Below are positions 13,545-25,134 of a DNA stretch of 64,000 nucleotides, piece after piece. The DNA lies in contig OZ024743.1 in NCBI GenBank assembly GCA_964016885.1, positions 201,004,001 through 201,068,000 on the forward strand, in the 5' to 3' direction. The stretch is from Eledone cirrhosa (lineage: Eukaryota). Below the pieces are notes generated by a model. That model did no database searches. It saw only the letters and a program-made list of their open reading frames with translations, and had not been told where the DNA came from. A program made the position numbers and the translations under genes. Position 1 is the stretch's first letter. Each line of letters begins with the position of its first letter.

Positions 13545-14025
13545 GGGTTGGCAGAATCAACAGAGAATTGACAACATACTTTACAGCATATAGTTACGGC
13601 CCTTTACGTTCTGAGTTCAAATCCCGCCAATGTTAACTTTGCCTTTCATTCTTACGGGGTTGATAAAATACAGTGCCAGTAATGCACTGGGGTTGATTTA
13701 ATCAACTTTCCCCTCACACTCAAATTGCTGGCCTTGTGCCAAATGTAGAAACAATCATCATTGTTGTTGGTATTATTGTTATTGTTTTCATTGTTATTGT
13801 TGATGCTGTTTTTGTTATTGTTGTAAATTGGCAGTATCAGTGAAGCGTCAGACAACATGCTTTTGGCATAGAGTTACAGCCCTTTGCAATCTAAGATCAA
13901 ATTTTTCCAAGGTTAGATTTGCCTTTCATCCTTACGAGGTCGTTAAAATGAAGTACCAGTAATGCACTGGGGTCGATTTTCTTGACTTTCCTCTCCCCCA
14001 AAATTGTTGGCCTTGCGCCTACCAA
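13545..14025 (+). mobile_element. Two S2 SINEs within (TTG/TTA)n low-complexity DNA
   Basis: Same motifs as 11090-11440. Confidence 0.8.
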
Positions 14026-14464
14026 TATTTTTTATTGATATCATTAATATTGTAGTTGTTATTATTGTTTTTGTTGCTGATATTGTTAATGCCATCTTTG
14101 ATAATATAGCTTTTGTTTAACTAATGAGCATAAAAATCACACATCAATGCTAGAAATGAGTCATCTAAATAGGGAACTTATGAACACCAACTGCAATCAC
14201 ATGAAGCATTAGGTCGAAGCTTTGAAGTCACTGTCAATTTTCTCTACAGAAAATAAAATTTCCCCTTAGCTAACATTTATTGAGTGCTTTATCAGTAAAC
14301 CTTTCAATGTTTTAATAATCAAATTTTAAACATGCACTTAAATATATATCAGTATATATATATATACATATAATAATAATAATAATAGTACTGAAATAAA
14401 ACTATTGATTAGGACCGATACACCTTTGATTGTTTTCACATATAAAGATATATACATATATATT

Positions 14465-15177
14465 AATAGTAATAATAAATTTGAAGACTAAAATTCAAAG
14501 AGGGCTCGATAAGGATAAATATATATCAAATATATAAGAACCGTAGAGTAAATATTTATTAAAATAACATATTAAAGTTTAAGCAAAGAATCACTGCTCT
14601 CACCCTTAACGGGATCTTCTGAAACTAAAAAAAATCAATCTGTGAACGCAGAAGTAAATATTTCGAAAAACGTTGCAGCTGACGGAAGACAGGAAGACGA
14701 TACTTTGGTTCGTGAAGACGTTCCCTGGCAAAGAACGGAAAAAAACGAATATAATGCATCATTATTTGGAGCGGTGAAAACAATTAAACGCAAAGACAAA
14801 ACCACGTTTATGGTATAAATGAAGTCGTAGACTAATATTCTATTAGGTGGTTCATGGAGACATTCCCTGGCAATGACGTATTATCTTCTTTTTTTCCGTT
14901 CATTGCCAGGGAACGTTTCCACGAACCAAAGTATCATCTTCCTGTCTTCCATCGGTTGCAATGTTTTTCGAAATATTTACTTTTGCGTTCACAGATTGAT
15001 TTTTTTTAGTTTCAGAAGATCCCGTTAAGGGTGAGAGCAGCGGTTCTTTGCTTAAACTTTAATATGTTATTTTAATAAATATTTGCTCTACGAAGAGCTG
15101 TTAATGAAGATCCTGTTAATGTTGAAAGCAGTGATTCTTTGCTTACACTTTAATCTGTTATTTTAATAAATAAATAA

Positions 15178-15180
<3 letters not shown>
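14465..15180. mobile_element. Family-B PLE-like fold-back element in (TA)n
   Basis: Inverted arms about 14542-14755 / 14880-15092; homologous to 30838-31965; hammerhead-like folds at 14576-14626 (-) and 15008-15058 (+), both with GAGA instead of GAAA. Confidence 0.75.
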
Positions 15181-15234
<54 letters not shown>

Positions 15235-15268
<34 letters not shown>

Positions 15269-16430
15269 AATCGTTTAACGTCCGTGTTCCACGCTTGCAT
15301 GGGTTTGGACGGGGGTTTTCTCACTTGAGGCAAGAGTGGTTATCTTGCTCGCATAGGACTATCTGGCGGGTTTTCTACAGCTGGATGCCCTTCCTAACAC
15401 CAACCACATTTACAGTGTGGGGCTGGGAGGTTTTTACCGTGTTGCCTACACGGCCACATTACAACGTGAACTGTGTGTTTTTTGACGTGACACCTACACG
15501 ATCTCATTTGTTTCGGCCTGGATATTGTGGCACCAACATAACTTTACATTGAAAGGGGCGGTGTGGATGGGGTGGGGGTGGTGGGACGGGGGTGTATTTT
15601 GTTAGAGATGCCTACTGGCTGTAGTAGGTTTGACTTTGTATTTAGGTAAGGCGGGTCTTCTCTATTACTGAGTACCGCCAAAGGTCTCGGTCCAGTGACA
15701 TTGTCTTGGTGAGGTGTAAGTGTGTGAGGTCGGAATTTATCAGCTCGTCCCAGGTTTTTCTAGGTCTGCCTATTCCGTGGCTACCGTCTATCTTTATTGC
15801 CCTGCACTTTGTTATACAGCTATCGTCCTTCATGCGCATCACGTGACCATACCAACGTAGCCTTCTCTCGAGTAAACAACATCTGATCCCTCTTATTTCT
15901 AATTTTTTCCTTAGTTCGTTTATGCTTTGCCGTTCACGTATATTACTATTACACATCCAGCGGAGCATGCAAGCTTCCTTTCTCTCTAGTCTGCGTATAT
16001 CCTCTGCTCACAATGCCCAGGTCTCACTGCCATGCAACATTGCTGTTCGTATGCAGGCATCGTACAACCTGCCTTTCATTTTTAGGGAGAACCCTTTAGC
16101 GGCTAATAGCGGTATAAGCTCTCTGAACTGTTTCCATCCAGTTCTGACTCTAGCTACTGTACTTTCAGAGAACTCTCCACCACTGCTGATTGTGTCACCC
16201 AGGTAACGGAAGGTGTCCACTATTTCTATAGAACCATCTGTGCAATGGAATGGGCTAGTATTCACCAGAGTACCGGCCACATATAAAATCTATATTCTTA
16301 GTTAGCTTACCTGTGATCCCACTACATCTTTTATGCACCCATACTTTGCATTTGGGACATAAAATGGAGTTTCTGCCTACTCCTTTCCTACACAGTGAGC
16401 ATGGCCATTTCCCAGATGGGACCAGTGCCA
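15235..16430 (-). mobile_element. 5'-truncated RTE-clade LINE
   Basis: FRYLG, HGSETW, RRLRWYGHVMR, GRPRKTW; 3'UTR ending in (GAT)n; 26-nt frameshifting deletion. Confidence 0.92.
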
Positions 16431-16441
16431 TATATATATAA

Positions 16442-16515
<74 letters not shown>

Positions 16516-16520
<5 letters not shown>

Positions 16521-16720
16521 AAAATGTTCAAGACCCCGACGGCAGAGCTCAAGCCGTTTCGAGGGCTATTTCTGGACTTAAGTCCAGAAATAGCTGTTGA
16601 AACGGCTTGAGCTCTGCCATCGGGATCTTGAACATTTTCCTATTACCCACTCTACTACCCTAAGTATTGAGTACTCTGGTGCGTTATGGTCCACCTGGTT
16701 CCTTACCACACTTTCTTCGT
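16516..16720. mobile_element. 128-bp loopless palindrome plus PLE-like tail
   Basis: 16516-16643 is symmetric about ggacttaagtcc; arms carry a hammerhead 3' half GAAA CGGC..GCCG TC; tail homologous to 17740-17870. Confidence 0.8.
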
Positions 16721-16784
16721 TATATATGTATATATAAGAAATACTAAGACCGAAATCAGAAGAGGGCTCGATAACGATTGTATA

Positions 16785-17165
16785 TCATCATCATCATCAT
16801 TTAACGTCTATCTTCCATGCTAGCATGGGTTGGACGGGTTTGTCTCACTTGAGGCAAGATTGGTCGTGTGACCATGTCTCGCTCATACAGAACTGTTTCT
16901 GGCAAGTTTTCTATGGCGAGATGCCCTTCCAAACACCAACCACATTTACAGTGTGGGCTGGGAGCCTCCTTACCATGTCTCCTATATGACCACTTTACAT
17001 TGTGGACTGGGTGCTTTTTGTTATATCACCTACACGACCACTTTACAGTGGATGGAATTAGGAGGATGGTGTAGTGGGTGTAGGGTGTGGCCTGGGGTGT
17101 ATATTGGGTTAAGAGGCGCCTACTGACTAGGTTTAAGTTCGTATGTAAGGGAAGGCAGGTTTTCT
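16785..17165 (-). mobile_element. RTE 3'UTR fragment
   Basis: (CAT)n plus 'ttaacgtc..catgggtt..atgcccttcc..accaaccacatttacagtgtg'. Confidence 0.7.
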
Positions 17166-17254
17166 GTATATGTTCAATTATATATGCATATAAATAGTTT
17201 TATGTATATGAGTGTACTTATGTATGTATATATATACATATATATTTATATATA

Positions 17255-17504
17255 TATTGTTATACTTTGGGAGGGTCCTGTTGCCAATAAGAAACACACG
17301 CACCAGTTGCTTTCACTTCAATTTATTATAAATTTCCGGTTGGTTGGTTGGTTTCACAACCGGACGTTTGTTCATATATTGTCAAAGTTCTTTCGTCGCA
17401 CACTCTGTGACCTCTTCAGTGACTGGGGATTCTTTTCTTTGTTTTGTGCATCTCCTTTGTTCTGTCCTACGCCATTTTGGATGGCGTAGGACAGAACAAA
17501 GGAG
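17255..17504 (-). mobile_element. Family-A PLE pLTR fragment with 5' hairpin
   Basis: Matches 22316-22575; 24-bp arms 17452-17475 / 17481-17504; hammerhead at 17381-17423 (-). Confidence 0.85.
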
Positions 17505-17880
17505 CTCTGGCCGATTTGACAGCTAGATCTGAACTAAGCCACCAGTATTAGAACGGCATGAATCTAGCTGAATGTATCAAGAGGTACAGTCCATATATGG
17601 GCGTACAGTGAAAGCAAAACATGCAAAAATATCTAAGCAAAAAATCCTAAAACTTTGTTGTTTTTCTTGTCAGTCACAGGGAGTGGTCAATGATCCAGGA
17701 TGTTGTGTACATAGTTAAATTCCTTCATAGTTCGGATCTAGCTGTTGAAACGGCCAGAGCTCAGCCGTCGGGGTCCTGACTCTTTTCCCATTACCCACCA
17801 TACTACCCTAAGTATTGAGTACTCTGGTGCATTATGGTCCACCTGGTATCTTACTACACCCTCTTTGTTCATATACACAC

Positions 17881-17943
<63 letters not shown>

Positions 17944-18244
17944 AGTGTAAGTGTGTGTGTTTGTGTGGGTGTGCTGAACAGACAAGTGCAAGTAGTGCAG
18001 GAAAAAAGGAAAATAATTTGAAAAAAGAAATTTTTAATTGAGAAAATAAAATACAGAAATAAATATATGAAAATTAAAACTGAAAAAGTAATTTATTAGA
18101 CAATAAGAAATGGAAGAAAAGGGAAAGGAAAGGGACTAGTTTGAGGTCCCTTATTTAAGTACTTGTTGCAGTCACTAGATATGTTCTTCCAGAGCTGACC
18201 TAAACAACGTTGGAATGAGGGGAAATTATATCATAGTCATTCTG

Positions 18245-18758
18245 TGACTGTCTGGGGGGATGGGGGATGGGGGAAAGGTGTGGGTGGGAGGAAGGGGAGG
18301 GAGGGTGATAGAGAGAAGGAGATGGAGGAAGAGTGTGGGAGGGAGGAAGGAGAGGGAGGGTGGAAGAGAGAGAGGGGGAGATGGGGGAAGGGTGTGGGTA
18401 TGGAAGCGGGTGTGGGTGGGAGGAAGGGGAGGGAGGGTGAGAGAGAGAGGGAGATGGATATGTAGAGAGATACATAGATAACACGGTGAGAGAAACATAT
18501 AAGACAAAGAGATAGAAAGAGAGAGATATAAGCAAGCAGTGAGAGAGACAGACAGACACAAGGACACAGAGAGTGAGTGAGAGAGAGAGAGAGAGAGAGA
18601 GACAGTGAGAGTGACAGACAGACAGAGAAAGTAATAGACAGGGAGGTAAAGAAAGAAAGGGAGAAATGGGGATGTAGAGAGAGAGAAAGAGAGAGAGAGG
18701 GGGGGAGATAGATAGGGAGAGAGGAAGGTAGAGAAAAAGCAAAAGAGGTAGGCAGACA

Positions 18759-18802
<44 letters not shown>

Positions 18803-18907
18803 GTTAGAGAAACAACAAAAGAGATAGGCAGACATACAGAGAGAGAGAGAGAGTGAGAGCGAGAGATAGAGACAGCAAAAGAGATAGGCAGACATAGAGA
18901 GAGAGAC

Positions 18908-18981
<74 letters not shown>

Positions 18982-19809
18982 AGAGAGAGAGAGATAGAGA
19001 GAAATGCAGGGATGGTAAACTGAAATAAGCAGAACTTGGTAATTACATAGGGAACTAATAGAACATAATTTAGACAAATTCTTCAGCATGCATGTCGTTA
19101 ACTATAATTAATCCTAATCTAAAATAAATAGTCTTCCAAAGTTGATTAGGGCTAAAATATGATTTCTTCATCGATCTATCTAATTCTTCTTCTTTCTTTC
19201 TTTCTCTCTTTCTTTCTTACTTTCTGTTTTTTTTTTGTTTTTTTTTTGGCCACAGTGTTTTGGAGCTCTGATTGTTCCCTGATTTGTTCATACATTGATT
19301 TGGCTTTCTTTTCTTTCTTCCCCCCTCTCTCTCTCTCTCTCCCCCTCTTTATCTTTCTCTCTCTTTCTCTTTCTCTCTCCCTCTCTCTTTTTTCTCTCGC
19401 CCCTCTCTCTCTTACTCTCTCTTTCTTTCTCTCTCTCTCTTTCTCCCCCCTCTCTCTCTGCACCCTCACCCTCTCTCTCCACCATCTGTCTCTCTCTCAC
19501 TTTGTTCCTTTCTTTTATTCTGTCATTTTTTTCTTTCATTGTTTTTCATTTTTTTTCCATTCTTTTATCTTTCTTTCAGACATCCATTCTTTCTTTCTTT
19601 TATTCATTCATTCTACCCTTTTTATTTCATTATCACTTTCCGTCTTCCCTTCTTTCTTTCTTTCTTTTTTCTTCTTTACATCATTCACTCTCTTTATTCT
19701 TTCTTATGCCATTCAGACTCTTTCCCTCTTTCTTTCTGACTTTCATTCTTAATTTTTCTTTTTTTACGCCTTTCACTCTCTTCCGTTCTTTCTTTCTTTC
19801 TTTCTTTTT

Positions 19810-19842
<33 letters not shown>

Positions 19843-20030
19843 TTTCTTTTTCTTTCTTCCTTTCTTTCTTTATCCCCCTTTTCTCTTTCTTTCTTTATTT
19901 CTTCTTAATGTCTTTAACTTTCTTTCCTCTCTTCTTTTCTTTCTTACATTCATTCTTTCATCTTTCAATATCTTTCTTTCTTTCTATATTTCTTCATTTT
20001 CTATTTTCATTTGCTTTCTTCCTCATCCTT
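18245..20030. repeat. GA-rich then CT-rich low-complexity tracts
   Basis: (GA)n, (GACA)n, then (CTTT)n and (CT)n. Confidence 0.9.
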
Positions 20031-20481
20031 CCGTACATTGGCCTTTAAGCTCACCCAATTCTCTCCCCAGACGTCCCCAGACCCTCCCCAGACCCTCACT
20101 CCCCCAAGACGTCCCCACCACCTCATTACTCTTTGTATTTTCTTTTTATTTCATTTTGTTGGTATTTTTAGTTTGTTGTCTCAGCAGTTACTTTTTTTCA
20201 GTTAATTTAATCAGAAATTAATTCTCAAACATCCTCAGAATATAATTTATTTATTTATATTATTTATATTGTTATTGGTTGGTAGTATAGTTATTTGTTG
20301 TTGTTGTTATTGTTATTTTAGTATAATTTAATGACTTGGAAATGAATTAAACTAAGGATTTTAAGTTAGACTATGAAATTCTTGTAAAAACAATTGTTTT
20401 GGGGTTTTATAAATATGTATCATGAAATAATATATATCATCATCATGATTGTTTTAATGTCCACTTTCCCTGCTAGAAAGG

Positions 20482-20520
<39 letters not shown>

Positions 20521-20521
<1 letters not shown>

Positions 20522-22130
20522 CCTTACATCAACAAAGCATCTAACCACCCCAAATCTACACTTAACTCTATAGTGAGGAGCATCTTACACAGAATCTCGA
20601 GGCTGTCTGCCAACGAGGACCTCTTCTTACCAAACTGCCGACTACTACAACAAAGCAGTGGCCGAATCAGGATATAGCAGCAAGATTTCGTACATCCAGG
20701 ACGTCAGCTACACTAGCCCCCCCCCCCCCCTCCCATAGGACCAGTGTAATGGCATGTCGCACCAATAACTACCGTGGCAGTGGAAATATACAGGTCGAAC
20801 TAGTAGTGTGGCAAACCTTGGCCAGCATCATAACAGCAAAGGTGGTAAGCCAGGGGGACCCCTACACCAGTGCCAACTTAGTTCGGGCAACATAATTAAC
20901 AGCAGCCTACTAGAAAAATTCCCTGTGTACGGGCTTAATAATGGTGACGGTATCTAACCAACACCTACCAGCAGGCATAGGGTAAACCAGAGCAGCCCAG
21001 CAGGGGGTAGGTTAGCACATGGGGCTAATACGAATGGAGCGCGCAATAGGCAGCAGCCCAACCGCTATGGTAGAAACACCCACCAGGGCTTAAACGACCA
21101 CACCAGCCCAACTACGACATGGAAACGCCGTTGTAATGTCATATGGTTCCTTCCCCCCTACTCTAGAAGTATAGCCTCTAACATACCTAGAATCTTCTTC
21201 GAGGCCTTAAAGAGGAACTTCCCACCTAACCACAGGTACCACCAGATCATCAACAAGAATAACGTCAAGATATCTTATTCTACTACACCTAACTTAGCCG
21301 ACCTCATACCACTGAGCAACCACAGTAAGCTCACTGGAATAAAACCAGCCCGTAATGCCAACGTTGGTGAACCCGGCTACCCAGCTGACCTTAACAATTC
21401 CGTCGCCCATAATAGTAGCAGTAATAGTAACCAGGACATTAAGCATAGTATTAGCAGTAACATCTACAATAGCAACAATATAGAGACTAATCGCAGCGCT
21501 AGTAGGGGGGCTGGCGACCAGGTTAGATACCATAGCAACGATAACAAAGGCTGTAGAAGGTGCCGTAATATGAGTAATAGTAATAGCACCATTTCGTGGG
21601 ACTATAACTACAATAATGCCAACCGCAACAACAATGGTGATGGCGACATTGATAGTAGTAAGGTTAACAGCAGACCTCACCACTCTAGAAATAGCAACAT
21701 AAAACACTGCAATTGCCGAAACCCCAACAACTGTCCGCTCCAAGGCTACTGCTTGATTAGAAATGTAATCTATAAATGCACAGTGACGAGTTAAAATAGC
21801 ACTAGGTCATACATAGGCGCCACTTCTGGGGAGTTCAAGACTAGATTTAGAACACATTTCCACTCCTTCAGAAATTGGATGCTATGATTCTCTACCTCAC
21901 CTCGCTAATTATACTACTCAATTAACCGACGCTAACATTAGCTACACTACTCAATGGGAACTTGTTAACCAAGCAACTCCATATAATTTCAGGAAAAATT
22001 GGCAGCTCTGCTTAATGGAGTTATACTATATAGTAAAGCACCCCAGGAACTCATTAATAGTCGGGCTGAAAAGATTATCAATTGCGGCCACCGACTGCAG
22101 CAATCCTTCTACAGATGGTCACCTGAACAT
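20521..22130 (+). pseudogene. Decayed Penelope-like element (thumb, linker, GIY-YIG), Naiad-like
   Basis: YINKASNHPKSTLNSIVRSILHRISRLS..SGY; VIWFLPPYS..FPPNHRYHQIINKNNVKISYS; CNCRNPNNCPLQGYCLIRNVIYKC; YIGATSGEFKTRF; QLCLMELYYI..LINSRAE..CGH; stops and frameshifts; (TA)n flanks. Confidence 0.85.
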
Positions 22131-22176
22131 GAATAACATCATATCTCCGCAGCACTTTTCATCGCACACACACACA

Positions 22177-22261
<85 letters not shown>

Positions 22262-22474
22262 CGTTTCTGAATTTGTTTAGCAAGATTCTTTATCTGAAAT
22301 CGTGTGTTGAAACCGATATTGTTATACTTTGGGAGGGTCATGTTGCCAATAAGAAACACACGCACCAGTTGCTTTCACTTCAATTTAATTTAATATATAT
22401 TTATAAATTTACAAATTTATAAATTTCTGGTTGGTTGGTTGGTTCCACAACCAGATAGTTGTTTATATATATAT

Positions 22475-22519
22475 AGTCATAGTTCTTTCGTCACACACTC
22501 TGTGACCTCTTCAGTGACT
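22475..22519 (-). ncRNA. Minimal type I hammerhead ribozyme (family A)
   Basis: Reverse complement of 26648-26692. Confidence 0.85.
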
Positions 22520-22815
22520 GGGGATTTCTTTCTTCGTTTCTGTGCCTTTCCTTTCTTCTATCCTACGCCATTTTGTTTGTGTGTGGGTTGCGTGCTCAGT
22601 TTGCGCATGCGCCACATCCGGGTGTCTGTGTGTGTTTGTGTTCATTTTTCTATTTTTCTATTTATATTTGTTTGTTTATTTATTTATTTATTGTTGGTTG
22701 GTTGTTTGTTCTATGTGTGTGTGTGTTTTCATTTTGTCTTGTGTGTGTTTTCATTTTGTGTGTGTTTTCAATTGTAAGTTGTTTATATATGTGTGTGTGT
22801 GTTTTCATTTTGTCC

Positions 22816-25134
22816 TTAATTGTAAGTTGTGATGTTGCTGTTCCACTCATATTTTCTATTTAATTTTGGTTTTAATTCTTTTATGCTTACTGCCTCTGTA
22901 ATTTGCCTAAACATTGCGTCTTTCTTGTGTGTGGATTCTATTTTTATTTCTATGCTCTCTAATTTACCCCTGTGTTCTATCTTAGCATGTTGGTAGAGCA
23001 CAGATGATTCTTTACTATCTTGGAGGTCTCGCCAGTGTTCATTTATTCGTTCCCCTATACTACGAGCTGTCTCACCTATGTACACTATATTTTTGTTTCT
23101 ACATTGTCCCTCAGTACATCTTATGCTATATACTACATTTCTAGTTTTACAGTTAATATGGGGGCTTATTTTACAGGTTATACATTTCTTATCTATACAT
23201 GAGGGTCTTTGGAACGGGTATGTCTTGCTAATAAGTGTTTTTACGGAGGTACCAGGTCTTTCTACTATCTTAATATTGAGATTATGTTTCTTTAGGGCCC
23301 TTCTAAATTTGTAGGCTAGTTCGCCTCTAGGGGTTGTATTGATGAACATTACACTCTGGTATTTATTGCTATCATACCATGAGTTTATTCTATTGGCCTT
23401 GTTCTTAGTTCTTTCTATTCTATTCCAAAATTTGCTCCTATACAAGGGGCAGGTCCCATTTATGTCATTATTTACCATTTTTTCCCATTTGGTTCTGGCT
23501 CCTTTATACACTCTGATTCTATCTCTCTGATTGTAGCCAGAGAACTGCATACGGTGGATGAAGTGTTGTATGTGTCTCTCTAGTTCTTCGGGGTTGCACA
23601 TGCGGGACACATTTCTCATCACCCGTATCAAATCCGCAATCAGTATGTTGATTTTGGTATGGTCCGAAATGGCCGAGTTTCGGTGGATCAGATGTTTGGA
23701 AGTCATGGGTTTGGCATAATGGGAATGGAGGATTTGTTTTTGGTTGTTAATAGTATCTAACCAGAGCTCTGTGTCTAGTACAGGTAATCGATGGTTGGGG
23801 TGTCTACTTGGGTAGTCTATAGTAACTCTAATGCTCTGGTGGATGGAGTTTGCTATTTGCTGGATGCTTTCCATTGTGTTTTTCTCAGGTTCCTGACTGT
23901 TCTTTAGTGGGGGTGTCTTAACTACGATGTTTATATCATCTACGTAGCGGGAGTACATTATCAGGGTTAATCTGTCTTCTAATTGTTCTTTAAGTTTTTG
24001 TTTAAGTCTACTGTCCCACCATACCATGAACAAGTTAGCTATGTCGCCTGCAATGCTAACACCAATGGCTGCTCCTTCCTCTTGGGCATATGTTTTACCA
24101 TTAAATTTGAACATATGTTCCTTAAGGGTTAATTTTATGCTGGCCCCTACCGCATGTGCAATCATTTTCTTCAGTTCATCGTGGTTTTCGGGTGTCCGTA
24201 TGGCTCTGGTCCACCCGTTCCATCTATCTGTGTGGGTTTTCTTGGCCATTGAGGTAATGGTAGGTGGTCTGCCTCTTGCTGGTCTTGTAGGGCACAGGTT
24301 GCTAAGGTCATAAGTGTCTAGGTAACTATTACTATGGGTAAGCTTAAGTAGAAGTCCCAGCTCACTGGTATCAATCCCACGGAACTCAACCTTGCTCTCG
24401 CTGATCATTTCGACGCATTTCTCCACAGCAAAATCCACGTCAATAGATGGATACAGGGACACAACATCCATACTGCCTATTATGCAGTTTGTTAGGTCCC
24501 CAGATCGGTTACCCGCGTCGATTCTGCTGAGGAGGTCCTCCGTGCTGTCACACACATCTGGGGACATCTCAATGATGGGGCGTATGATCAGGGAGAGGAA
24601 GTAGGACAGTCTGTAGTTACTAGCAATGTTAGCCCCACAGACTGGCCGTGTTGGTGGTCCCGCGACAGGGTCCCAGCCCGTTTTATGGTCTTTTCGAAGC
24701 CCATACAACGCCGGCACGTCATTGTTCCAGGCCTGGAAGTTGTTGGCAGTCCTTTTGTTGGGCTGCATTATATTTGTCCACATCACCATATGGGCATTGA
24801 GGGTTTTTTCTCTATCCTCATGCTCCTGTGGTGTTACCTCTCTTGTGTTAGTGATGTGGGGTTGCATTGCCTGGATGTAGTTTGGCAGGCTGTCAACCGA
24901 CATTCTGCCAGACTTGTCTGTTGGAAAGCATGCTATCTCTCCATTACGCGAGCGCTGCATGAGCTTACGCAAGCCATTTGCAGATTCTTCTCCCAGTTGC
25001 TGGGCCTCTATTCTATTATGCTTCTTGCTATACTGTTCTATAATATTTCTAAGTTCGGATTTAGCTATACTAAATTGTGCTTCTGTTTGTTCATCGACCT
25101 GCGACGGCAACTGCGTGCGTTTGTTAAATGGCAA
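22816..25134 (-). CDS. PLE polyprotein: reverse transcriptase + GIY-YIG endonuclease (N-terminally truncated)
   Basis: TDKSG, LYGLRKDHK, RPVC, SMDVVSLYPSI, GAAIG, RYVDD, LPVLD, Cys linker, VVYSIRC..YIGET.R.IGERINEH. The frame stays open upstream of the TTG 'start' to the inversion junction at about 25220. Confidence 0.95.
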   Translation of the reverse strand: MPFNKRTQLPSQVDEQTEAQFSIAKSELRNIIEQYSKKHNRIEAQQLGEESANGLRKLMQRSRNGEIACFPTDKSGRMSVDSLPNYIQAMQPHITNTREVTPQEHEDREKTLNAHMVMWTNIMQPNKRTANNFQAWNNDVPALYGLRKDHKTGWDPVAGPPTRPVCGANIASNYRLSYFLSLIIRPIIEMSPDVCDSTEDLLSRIDAGNRSGDLTNCIIGSMDVVSLYPSIDVDFAVEKCVEMISESKVEFRGIDTSELGLLLKLTHSNSYLDTYDLSNLCPTRPARGRPPTITSMAKKTHTDRWNGWTRAIRTPENHDELKKMIAHAVGASIKLTLKEHMFKFNGKTYAQEEGAAIGVSIAGDIANLFMVWWDSRLKQKLKEQLEDRLTLIMYSRYVDDINIVVKTPPLKNSQEPEKNTMESIQQIANSIHQSIRVTIDYPSRHPNHRLPVLDTELWLDTINNQKQILHSHYAKPMTSKHLIHRNSAISDHTKINILIADLIRVMRNVSRMCNPEELERHIQHFIHRMQFSGYNQRDRIRVYKGARTKWEKMVNNDINGTCPLYRSKFWNRIERTKNKANRINSWYDSNKYQSVMFINTTPRGELAYKFRRALKKHNLNIKIVERPGTSVKTLISKTYPFQRPSCIDKKCITCKISPHINCKTRNVVYSIRCTEGQCRNKNIVYIGETARSIGERINEHWRDLQDSKESSVLYQHAKIEHRGKLESIEIKIESTHKKDAMFRQITEAVSIKELKPKLNRKYEWNSNITTYN

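Noticed and set aside
18200-20221. Long Leu/Ser/Phe 'membrane protein' ORFs
   Set aside because: Translations of (CT)n/(CTTT)n low-complexity DNA.
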